The notes beneath the pieces were generated by a model, which searched no databases, had not been told where the DNA came from, and saw only the letters and a program-made list of their open reading frames with translations. A stretch of DNA of 64,000 nt from an uncultured Candidatus Peribacteria bacterium (GTDB lineage Bacteria > Patescibacteriota > Gracilibacteria > UBA1369), in the NCBI GenBank assembly GCA_964346765.1, contig CAYFWB010000004.1:55512-119511 (forward strand), written 5' to 3'. The stretch's first letter is position 1, and each line of letters begins with the position of its first letter. Positions 56,114 to 64,000 of the stretch are shown piece by piece. The position numbers and the translations under genes are program-made.

Positions 56114-57337
56114 TCATCCACCTTTTCCCGCTACCTCTGCAAACTTCTCTGTCATTGTGGGATTTCCGCGTGTTAATTTTTTTATGGTTAAATCTTCCGC
56201 TTTATTGTTGGCCAGACGGTAATTGTTTTCTGATGATAATAGCGCGTCTTTGGTTTTTTGAAGGTGGGTTATGGTTTTGTCTATTTCGTCGATGGCGGTT
56301 TTGAATTTACGGCTGGCCAGATCATAGTTTTTTGCAAAGCCTTCTTTGAATGTGTTTAAGTTCTCTTCGAAGTTGGTGATATCAACATTTTGGTTTTTTA
56401 CCAAAGCCAGCTCCGCTTTGTATTTTAGAGAGTTTATGGCTGCATTGCGGAGTACTGTTATCATTGGAATAAAAAATTGCGGTCGGACTACATACATTTT
56501 GGGATATTTGTGGGAGACATCTACAATTCCTGTGTTGTATAGTTCATTTTCGGTTTCCAATAGCGAAACTAGGACGGCATATTCGCATTTCTTTTCTGTG
56601 CGGTCTTTATCCAGTTCTCGTAAAAAGTCTTCGTTCTTGTGTTTGGTGGCTGTTTTATCGCCTTCGTTTTTCATTTCAAACATTATTGAAATTATTTGGT
56701 TGCCGGCTTCGTCGGTTTCGCGATAGATATAATCGCCCTTACTGCCGGTTTTGGAATCATTATCTTTTTCAAAGTACGCATTTTGGAAAGCGGTGGCTCT
56801 TAGTTTGTTGAATTCAATTTCACAATGCTGTTCCAAAGTTTCTCCGACCATTTTGGTGCTAAGTTTTAACTTCATGTCTTTGTATCGTTCAATTATTTCG
56901 TCTTTTGATTTCAGCTCATTTTCATACTTGTCCTTTAAGGAAACTTCACGAAGCTGCATTTCATTTTCTTTGCTTTGCAGTTTGGCTGTCAGGTTGTCCC
57001 GTTCTTTTTCAATAACAGTGACCGCCTGTGTGACGGCGAGTTTTTTCTTCAGCTCGTCACCATCTATTTTTGCTTTAATAACAGCTATTTCCGATTCCTT
57101 TTTTGCCAAAAGTTCTGTCCATTCCTTATTTTTTTTTGTAATTTCCATCTGTACTGCATTTTTCATATTGGCTGCAGCCAGTTTGACAGCGCTTTCTTTT
57201 TCTTTTTCCGCAATCGTCAATCGCTCATGCAGTTCTTTTTCAAACTGATGATCGCGCACTTGTTTGAGTATGTCTGCAAATCCCGCTTCATCTACTTTAA
57301 ATATTTTTCCGCAATGCGGACACTTAATGTCATTCAT
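56114..57337 (-). CDS. DUF2130-like protein: zinc ribbon, coiled coil and putative PD-(D/E)xK nuclease domain
   Basis: It has an N-terminal CPHCGK, a long heptad-rich central region, then GDYIYR...IMFEMKN (a D...ExK pattern). Confidence 0.65.
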   Translation of the reverse strand: MNDIKCPHCGKIFKVDEAGFADILKQVRDHQFEKELHERLTIAEKEKESAVKLAAANMKNAVQMEITKKNKEWTELLAKKESEIAVIKAKIDGDELKKKLAVTQAVTVIEKERDNLTAKLQSKENEMQLREVSLKDKYENELKSKDEIIERYKDMKLKLSTKMVGETLEQHCEIEFNKLRATAFQNAYFEKDNDSKTGSKGDYIYRETDEAGNQIISIMFEMKNEGDKTATKHKNEDFLRELDKDRTEKKCEYAVLVSLLETENELYNTGIVDVSHKYPKMYVVRPQFFIPMITVLRNAAINSLKYKAELALVKNQNVDITNFEENLNTFKEGFAKNYDLASRKFKTAIDEIDKTITHLQKTKDALLSSENNYRLANNKAEDLTIKKLTRGNPTMTEKFAEVAGKGG

Positions 57338-57550
57338 ATAATTTGTTGGGTAAACTTGGGTATGGAGTCTATTGCATACTATTGGAAAATTTCTTTTATT
57401 TGAAGTTTTTAAGCAAATTTTTAGGAATCGTTGTATGGTCTTGCGGGTTTGGCAAGGGCGTGAGCCTGCTTTTTTAGATTCGGGCGTTTTTGTTGCCCAG
57501 GCAAACCAGGTTGGTCATGTGTGAAGAGGGGTTAGGTTGTAATCCTTGTT

Positions 57551-59665
57551 TTATTGATGTTCTGCGATGAACTCTTTAATAGAGTTCATGACATTTTTGG
57601 TTTTTGCCTGCGCCTCTCTGGTACTTTTGTATATACCCAATGCCATGGTCGCACGGAAAATATAGGTTCTACTTTTTATTTTTTTCCCCGATGCGCAGAC
57701 GAAATCAGTATCTTTTAACGCGTTAAATGTTAGGTCGTCAATACTTGTACCTAGCTGATCGGCTATAACGGCTAAATCGGTAGCTAAATTTTTTTTAAAA
57801 TATTTACTATCCATAGCTGGAGGCAGTTGAATTCCTATTCGTGTTTTTAACATGTCCAGTGCTTTTTTTTGTTTACTGCCGGCCTTTTTTTTGTCTTTAA
57901 CCAAGCCAAGAGCAATTGTTGCCCGGCAAAGATAAGCTTGCCCTCTAACAGATTCTTGATTGGCGCAAACAGCTGTTTTTGTAGACATGTTTTGTGTATT
58001 TAAATCTTCGATCTTTTCAACTCCCACTTCTGTCGCGAATGCTTGCAGGTCAAATTTTATCGCATCTGCATTTTTAAAATATTCTTGGTCCATTTCATCA
58101 TATTTTTTAATTTCCATGCCCGCGACTTCTTTTAGTTTTTTAAGAGTCGGACCCCGAATATGGCCGGCTTTGATTGATTCTTCGGCTAATCCATATGCGA
58201 TAGCGGCTTTGCTTAAATAAACATTTCCATTGATTGTTTGACCGTTGGAATAAGTAAACGTTCTGCATATAAGTTCTGTTGTCGTGGTTAATTCTTCGAT
58301 TGAAATGCCATTAGCTTCGGCCATTATTGTTAAATCGTTTTTTACTTTATCTTTATCGTTGAAGTACTCTTTATCCATTTGTTTAAAAATTGTTTTTATT
58401 CCAAGTTTTTCTTTTAATTTTTTTAGTGCCAGACTTTGGTGAGAAGCGGCCGCGGTCATTGTGGTTGCCAGCTTAAAATGTACGCCCGCTCTTAATAAAT
58501 ACTTCTGCCCTTTTATTTGTTCGTTATTTGCACATTTTACCTCGATGCCTGCAATTTTTGATATTGAAATTTCCTCGATTTCTTGATCGACCGCTTCGGC
58601 ATAAGCTTGAAGATCATGTTTGATATTACTTATGTTTGAAAAATATTCATCATCCATGGGTGGTACCACTTCCAGACCGGCAAGCTCTTTTAATTGGTTC
58701 AACGTGGCAAGATAGTTTAATGTTCCGGGGAGACATTTTGCCGCTTGTTTTAAATATTTCAGTTGATTGATGGTTTCACCGTTTGAACATTGTGCATAGT
58801 TTTCCCGCATACGTTTCGTGTTTAGTTTATTCGGGTCAATACCGGCGGCAGAGGCGAAAGCATATAAATCTTTTTTTACAAATTCGGGGTTTGAAAAATA
58901 TCTGCCATCCATTTTTACGTAGCTATTGATAGTATCAAGGGCTTCTTTTAAGTCCGCAACAAATTGTTCCGGATTATGGAAAACAAAATGTTTAACGCGG
59001 GGTTTGCTCTTTAGAGTTTTTTTCCCGTAACGTCTAAGTTCTCGTCTATATGCATCAGAATGATAGAGGACAACAAAGGTTCTATTATGATGTTGATTAT
59101 TTGTAAAAATTACAATTCCCAGTTTTTTTAGGTTGAATTCCCAGTAGGGTCTTGTCCTGAATGAATGCGTAGGTGTTGATGATACGGAAATAGCTATGTC
59201 ATCAAGCATAATTTTTTCTCCGTTAAAATCGTGATTTAAAATGGTCTGTAATGTTAGCGCAACACGGTTATAGTCGACTCTGTTTTCTTCTTTTTCTTCA
59301 TGTACTGTGTCGTTTGAAGGGTCTTTTTGGTCAGGAGGAATGTAAATAGCCTTTGTTTGACGAATTTTTACTCTAAAATCTCTAATTAGATTTGTTACCA
59401 GATCTGTTTCGGTGGGCAAATGTTCGGCATTTAGTTTTTTGTCCCAGTGTCCCAGAGCGGAATCAAGAATGTCAAAAGGATCCCTTATTCCGGCTTTTTC
59501 AAAAAGCTCTGAATTGTCAATTCCCAGTGATTCACGAATCTGTATAATGATGTTTTCAAGATCGATCAGAAGGTTAAAAGTACCTTCTTTGTAAATGTTA
59601 TCTTCCAGGACAGCTTGTTCGACGCTTTTTGCCTTTTTGTGTAAAGCTTCAAATTGCTCCTTCAT
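57551..59665 (-). CDS. hypothetical protein with five tandem repeats of about 90 aa
   Basis: Repeats begin at aa 252, 337, 430, 525 and 618, each starting MD..YF and containing C.NG..I.G..YL..A...GL...L..LKE..G. The N-terminal 250 aa are unrelated. Confidence 0.7.
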   Translation of the reverse strand: MKEQFEALHKKAKSVEQAVLEDNIYKEGTFNLLIDLENIIIQIRESLGIDNSELFEKAGIRDPFDILDSALGHWDKKLNAEHLPTETDLVTNLIRDFRVKIRQTKAIYIPPDQKDPSNDTVHEEKEENRVDYNRVALTLQTILNHDFNGEKIMLDDIAISVSSTPTHSFRTRPYWEFNLKKLGIVIFTNNQHHNRTFVVLYHSDAYRRELRRYGKKTLKSKPRVKHFVFHNPEQFVADLKEALDTINSYVKMDGRYFSNPEFVKKDLYAFASAAGIDPNKLNTKRMRENYAQCSNGETINQLKYLKQAAKCLPGTLNYLATLNQLKELAGLEVVPPMDDEYFSNISNIKHDLQAYAEAVDQEIEEISISKIAGIEVKCANNEQIKGQKYLLRAGVHFKLATTMTAAASHQSLALKKLKEKLGIKTIFKQMDKEYFNDKDKVKNDLTIMAEANGISIEELTTTTELICRTFTYSNGQTINGNVYLSKAAIAYGLAEESIKAGHIRGPTLKKLKEVAGMEIKKYDEMDQEYFKNADAIKFDLQAFATEVGVEKIEDLNTQNMSTKTAVCANQESVRGQAYLCRATIALGLVKDKKKAGSKQKKALDMLKTRIGIQLPPAMDSKYFKKNLATDLAVIADQLGTSIDDLTFNALKDTDFVCASGKKIKSRTYIFRATMALGIYKSTREAQAKTKNVMNSIKEFIAEHQ

Positions 59666-59671
59666 GGTTTT

Positions 59672-60091
59672 TTAGAAATGGACAAAAATCAGAACTAATT
59701 TGTGCCATATTTCTTGTTTTATGTCAAGCATGCGAATGGTGCGCTGGCGGACGAGTGGGCGGTAGGGGTGAGGTTTTACCAAGTGCCAGGTCGCGGAGGA
59801 AACCGGAGATGGATGTGTATATCCTTTTTTAAGCGCTATTTTTTTGATTCGTTTTTTGTCTTTTGATGTTACGCGAAAGCGGATTTCTTCGCTTTGTTGT
59901 TCGTTGTATTTTTTTTCTGCAAGGATTAAGTTGGGCAGGTCGTTTAAAAGACCCGGGCTGTTTTCATTTAGAAATTCCTGGTCTATTTTTGCCGCTTCGC
60001 ATTTTACTTTAGTTGCTTTTTTCCCGTAGTTGTGAAGTGTGTAAAAATATTTTTTATTGTTGAGTGTAATGTAGTGTTTAAGTGGAGTCAT
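59672..60091 (-). CDS. hypothetical protein with RHH/MobC-like segment, apparently frameshifted
   Basis: It reads EIRFRVTSKDKKRIKKIALKKGYT in frame. The -1 frame continues SISGFLRDLALGK, a typical RHH second helix, while the in-frame tail is low-quality sequence. An A6 run and an ACACA lie at the junction (plus-strand 59813-59830). Confidence 0.55.
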   Translation of the reverse strand: MTPLKHYITLNNKKYFYTLHNYGKKATKVKCEAAKIDQEFLNENSPGLLNDLPNLILAEKKYNEQQSEEIRFRVTSKDKKRIKKIALKKGYTHPSPVSSATWHLVKPHPYRPLVRQRTIRMLDIKQEIWHKLVLIFVHF

Positions 60092-60360
60092 TTTCGTTTA
60101 TTATAGTGTTAATTCGTTTTGCAATCATTTTTTGTCATTTCTTTATTTTATTGCACTGTTTAGCCATTTCAGTTTGGCTTTGGTGCTGATGTTTTTCCAG
60201 CGGTAATAGTAAATGCCGTTTTCCGGAATGATGTCCATGAAAAGCACGCTGGCCGGGAACTTGTTTAAGGCGGGCCGGTCTTTTATGTTAAGCGGTTTTG
60301 GAATGTTGTCGATTGCTTTGATCCTTTATATACATAGATAAGAAAGTTAAGTGATATTAA

Positions 60361-60530
60361 CCTTCAGAGGGAATTTGTTTTGCGCGGTGGGGTTGATTGT
60401 GTGTCGCGCGCGGTTACATCATTTGGTTTTAGCATCAGTGCCCTTAAGGGCAGGTTGCTGGCGGGTCATTGATCCAAATCTTTCGCAGTCTTCCGATGAA
60501 AGTGGAGGCTAAGGTAGCAAGGGGGGGATT
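60361..60530. other. GC-enriched, self-complementary non-coding island upstream of cas12a
   Basis: It is locally much more GC-rich than its flanks. Complementary pairs are 60382-60386 with 60405-60409, 60421-60426 with 60474-60479, and 60439-60443 with 60448-60452. All six frames are closed. Confidence 0.4.
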
Positions 60531-60596
60531 TTAGTATTGTGTTTTGTTTTGCAGGCGTTGTAAGTTGTAATATGTAGTTTTTTTTTTATACTTACC

Positions 60597-63500
60597 ATGA
60601 AAAAATCTATTTTTGATCAGTTTGTAAATCAGTATGCTCTTTCTAAAACGTTGCGGTTTGAATTGAAGCCGGTGGGGGAGACGGGGAGGATGCTTGAGGA
60701 GGCGAAGGTTTTTGCTAAAGATGAAACAATCAAGAAAAAATATGAGGCAACCAAGCCTTTTTTTAATAAATTGCATCGTGAATTTGTAGAGGAGGCTTTA
60801 AATGAGGTGGAATTAGCTGGTTTGCCTGAATATTTTGAAATATTTAAATATTGGAAAAGGTATAAAAAGAAGTTTGAAAAGGATTTGCAGAAGAAAGAAA
60901 AAGAATTGCGGAAATCAGTTGTAGGTTTTTTTAATGCACAGGCAAAGGAATGGGCGAAAAAATATGAAACTTTGGGTGTGAAGAAAAAAGATGTGGGACT
61001 TTTATTTGAAGAAAATGTTTTTGCTATATTGAAGGAAAGGTACGGAAATGAGGAGGGATCACAAATTGTTGATGAAAGTACAGGAAAAGATGTTTCGATA
61101 TTTGATAGTTGGAAGGGCTTTACAGGGTATTTTATTAAATTCCAGGAAACTCGTAAGAATTTTTATAAGGATGATGGCACGGCTACTGCTTTGGCTACAA
61201 GGATTATTGATCAAAATTTGAAGCGTTTTTGTGATAATTTACTAATATTTGAAAGTATTAGAGATAAAATTGATTTTTCAGAGGTAGAACAAACTATGGG
61301 AAACTCTATTGATAAGGTTTTTTCAGTAATTTTTTATAGTTCCTGTTTACTTCAGGAAGGAATTGATTTTTATAATTGTGTTTTAGGTGGGGAGACTCTG
61401 CCAAATGGTGAAAAGAGACAGGGAATAAATGAGCTTATTAATCTCTATAGGCAAAAAACTAGTGAGAAAGTACCTTTTTTAAAGTTGCTTGATAAGCAGA
61501 TTTTGAGTGAAAAAGAGAAGTTTATGGATGAAATTGAAAATGATGAGGCTCTCTTGGATACTCTTAAAATATTTAGAAAATCGGCTGAAGAAAAAACCAC
61601 TTTGTTAAAAAATATTTTTGGTGATTTTGTTATGAATCAGGGTAAGTATGATTTAGCGCAGATTTATATTTCCAGAGAATCTTTAAATACTATTTCACGG
61701 AAATGGACCAGTGAAACAGATATATTTGAGGATTCATTATATGAAGTGTTAAAGAAATCAAAAATAGTTTCTGCCTCTGTAAAAAAGAAAGATGGAGGGT
61801 ACGCTTTCCCTGAGTTTATTGCGCTTATTTATGTGAAAAGTGCTCTTGAACAAATTCCTACTGAAAAATTTTGGAAGGAGCGATATTATAAAAATATTGG
61901 AGATGTTTTGAATAAAGGGTTTTTGAATGGTAAGGAAGGTGTCTGGTTACAATTTTTATTGATTTTTGATTTTGAATTTAATTCTCTTTTTGAAAGAGAA
62001 ATAATTGATGAAAATGGAGACAAGAAAGTGGCCGGATATAATTTGTTTGCCAAGGGTTTTGATGATCTTTTGAATAACTTTAAATATGATCAAAAAGCTA
62101 AGGTTGTTATTAAGGATTTTGCAGATGAGGTTTTACATATTTATCAGATGGGAAAATATTTTGCTATTGAAAAGAAACGTTCTTGGTTGGCTGATTATGA
62201 TATTGATTCATTTTATACTGATCCTGAAAAAGGTTATTTGAAGTTTTATGAAAATGCGTATGAAGAGATTATTCAAGTTTATAATAAATTGCGAAATTAC
62301 CTAACGAAGAAACCTTATAGTGAGGATAAATGGAAACTTAATTTTGAGAATCCAACTTTAGCTGATGGGTGGGACAAAAATAAAGAAGCTGATAATTCTA
62401 CAGTTATTTTGAAAAAGGATGGTCGCTATTATTTAGGGTTGATGGCTCGCGGGCGAAATAAACTTTTTGATGATAGAAATTTACCAAAAATTTTGGAGGG
62501 CGTTGAGAATGGGAAATATGAGAAAGTTGTATATAAGTATTTTCCGGATCAGGCAAAAATGTTTCCAAAAGTTTGTTTTTCAACTAAAGGTTTGGAGTTT
62601 TTCCAACCTTCGGAGGAAGTCATTACTATTTACAAAAATTCTGAATTCAAAAAAGGGTATACTTTTAATGTAAGGAGTATGCAGAGGCTTATTGATTTTT
62701 ATAAAGATTGTCTTGTTAGATATGAGGGGTGGCAATGTTATGATTTTAGAAATTTGAGAAAGACAGAAGATTATCGGAAGAATATTGAAGAGTTTTTCAG
62801 CGATGTTGCTATGGATGGGTATAAAATATCCTTTCAGGATGTCTCGGAAAGTTATATTAAAGAGAAAAATCAGAATGGGGATTTATATTTATTTGAGATA
62901 AAAAATAAAGATTGGAATGAAGGCGCAAATGGAAAGAAAAATTTGCACACTATATATTTTGAATCTCTTTTTTCGGCTGATAATATTGCCATGAATTTTC
63001 CCGTTAAGTTGAATGGACAAGCGGAAATTTTTTATCGGCCAAGAACAGAGGGGCTGGAGAAAGAAAGGATAATCACTAAAAAGGGTAATGTTTTGGAAAA
63101 AGGAGATAAAGCTTTTCATAAAAGAAGGTATACGGAAAACAAAGTTTTTTTTCATGTTCCGATTACACTTAATCGAACAAAAAAAAATCCATTTCAATTT
63201 AATGCAAAAATTAATGATTTTTTGGCTAAAAATTCTGATATAAATGTTATTGGGGTCGATCGTGGGGAGAAGCAATTAGCATATTTTTCTGTTATTTCAC
63301 AGAGAGGCAAAATTTTGGATAGGGGTAGTTTAAATGTGATAAATGGAGTTAATTATGCAGAGAAATTAGAAGAAAAAGCTAGAGGGCGTGAGCAGGCGCG
63401 TAAGGATTGGCAGCAGATTGAAGGTATTAAAGATTTAAAGAAGGGATATATTTCTCAGGTAGTTAGAAAGCTAGCCGATTTAGCAATTCAGTATAATGCG

Positions 63501-64000
63501 ATTATTGTTTTTGAAGATTTGAACATGCGGTTTAAGCAGATTCGTGGAGGTATTGAAAAAAGTGTTTATCAGCAGTTGGAGAAGGCTTTGATTGATAAAT
63601 TAACTTTTTTGGTTGAAAAGGAAGAAAAAGATGTAGAAAAGGCAGGTCATTTGTTAAAAGCTTACCAGCTTGCTGCTCCGTTTGAGACTTTTCAGAAAAT
63701 GGGTAAACAAACGGGGATTGTTTTTTATACACAGGCTGCATATACTTCACGAATTGATCCTGTTACAGGTTGGCGGCCTCACTTGTATTTGAAATATTCC
63801 AGTGCGGAGAAGGCAAAGGCGGATTTATTAAAATTTAAAAAGATAAAGTTTGTGGATGGCCGGTTTGAGTTTACTTATGATATTAAGAGTTTTCGTGAAC
63901 AAAAGGAACATCCAAAGGCGACTGTCTGGACGGTGTGTTCTTGCGTGGAGAGATTTCGTTGGAATAGATATTTAAATAGCAATAAAGGTGGTTATGACCA
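60597..64000 (+). CDS. cas12a: CRISPR-associated type V-A effector Cas12a (Cpf1), N-terminal 1134 aa; ORF continues past the window end
   Basis: Hand translation from the ATG at 60597 finds no stop up to position 64000. It contains MKKSIFDQFVNQYALSKTLRFELKPVGET, NVIGVDRGEKQLAYFSV (RuvC-I), KDLKKGYISQVVRKLADLAIQY (bridge helix), IIVFEDLNMRFKQIRGGIEKSVYQQLEKALIDKL (RuvC-II) and GIVFYTQAAYTSRIDPVTGW. There is no HNH insert. Confidence 0.93.
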   Translation, partial: MKKSIFDQFVNQYALSKTLRFELKPVGETGRMLEEAKVFAKDETIKKKYEATKPFFNKLHREFVEEALNEVELAGLPEYFEIFKYWKRYKKKFEKDLQKKEKELRKSVVGFFNAQAKEWAKKYETLGVKKKDVGLLFEENVFAILKERYGNEEGSQIVDESTGKDVSIFDSWKGFTGYFIKFQETRKNFYKDDGTATALATRIIDQNLKRFCDNLLIFESIRDKIDFSEVEQTMGNSIDKVFSVIFYSSCLLQEGIDFYNCVLGGETLPNGEKRQGINELINLYRQKTSEKVPFLKLLDKQILSEKEKFMDEIENDEALLDTLKIFRKSAEEKTTLLKNIFGDFVMNQGKYDLAQIYISRESLNTISRKWTSETDIFEDSLYEVLKKSKIVSASVKKKDGGYAFPEFIALIYVKSALEQIPTEKFWKERYYKNIGDVLNKGFLNGKEGVWLQFLLIFDFEFNSLFEREIIDENGDKKVAGYNLFAKGFDDLLNNFKYDQKAKVVIKDFADEVLHIYQMGKYFAIEKKRSWLADYDIDSFYTDPEKGYLKFYENAYEEIIQVYNKLRNYLTKKPYSEDKWKLNFENPTLADGWDKNKEADNSTVILKKDGRYYLGLMARGRNKLFDDRNLPKILEGVENGKYEKVVYKYFPDQAKMFPKVCFSTKGLEFFQPSEEVITIYKNSEFKKGYTFNVRSMQRLIDFYKDCLVRYEGWQCYDFRNLRKTEDYRKNIEEFFSDVAMDGYKISFQDVSESYIKEKNQNGDLYLFEIKNKDWNEGANGKKNLHTIYFESLFSADNIAMNFPVKLNGQAEIFYRPRTEGLEKERIITKKGNVLEKGDKAFHKRRYTENKVFFHVPITLNRTKKNPFQFNAKINDFLAKNSDINVIGVDRGEKQLAYFSVISQRGKILDRGSLNVINGVNYAEKLEEKARGREQARKDWQQIEGIKDLKKGYISQVVRKLADLAIQYNAIIVFEDLNMRFKQIRGGIEKSVYQQLEKALIDKLTFLVEKEEKDVEKAGHLLKAYQLAAPFETFQKMGKQTGIVFYTQAAYTSRIDPVTGWRPHLYLKYSSAEKAKADLLKFKKIKFVDGRFEFTYDIKSFREQKEHPKATVWTVCSCVERFRWNRYLNSNKGGYD

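Noticed and set aside
57338-57550. The GC-rich spacer between the repeat-protein gene and the DUF2130 gene as an sRNA or terminator.
   Set aside because: It contains only short imperfect stems. The one hairpin followed by a T-run (near 57450-57480) is oriented on the + strand, where there is no gene to terminate. The evidence is too weak to call.
60100-60596. A CRISPR array or tracrRNA upstream of cas12a.
   Set aside because: No direct repeats of 25-40 nt and no TCTACT...GTAGAT-type repeat hairpin are present. Type V-A systems do not use a tracrRNA. The array, if any, is expected downstream of the window.
1-64000. An alternative genetic code (UGA recoded, as in some CPR-related lineages).
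   Set aside because: Conserved genes end at TGA where expected (for example the DUF2130 gene stop at 56114-56116). No conserved protein requires read-through of TGA.

Overview
This window reads as a small, AT-rich bacterial genome with CPR/Patescibacteria-like traits. These include a compact ribosomal super-operon with no room for rpmD (L30), lysine-rich tails on several r-proteins, SLH-domain secreted proteins and a minimal cytosolic [NiFe] hydrogenase. The genetic code is standard, since TGA is used as a stop. Positions 1-47.1 kb are core genome: a hydrogenase module, a distal pyrimidine pathway (pyrC, pyrD/pyrK, pyrE, pyrF), ldh, a trpR-like gene plus trpB, rsmA, a P-type ATPase, trmD, the fusA-tuf-S10-spc-alpha-L13/S9 block, and a trx/CsoR-like/membrane operon. 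From about 47.1 kb to the window end the sequence looks visibly more AT-rich and resembles a defense/mobile island. It holds a decayed IS110-family remnant and a type I R-M methylase/specificity pair (hsdM-hsdS, no hsdR seen) with an embedded Fic gene and an ABC-type ATPase. It also holds an HNH endonuclease bracketed by inverted repeats, a DUF2130-type putative nuclease, a 704-aa protein with five tandem repeats, and a frameshifted RHH-like gene. The most important item is a large open-ended + strand ORF from 60597 to the window end that is missing from the supplied ORF track. By direct translation it is a Cas12a/Cpf1 (type V-A CRISPR) effector. No CRISPR array, rRNA or tRNA was found in the window. 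All coordinates were hand-counted from the printed sequence, and all family calls rest on recognised motifs, not on searches.
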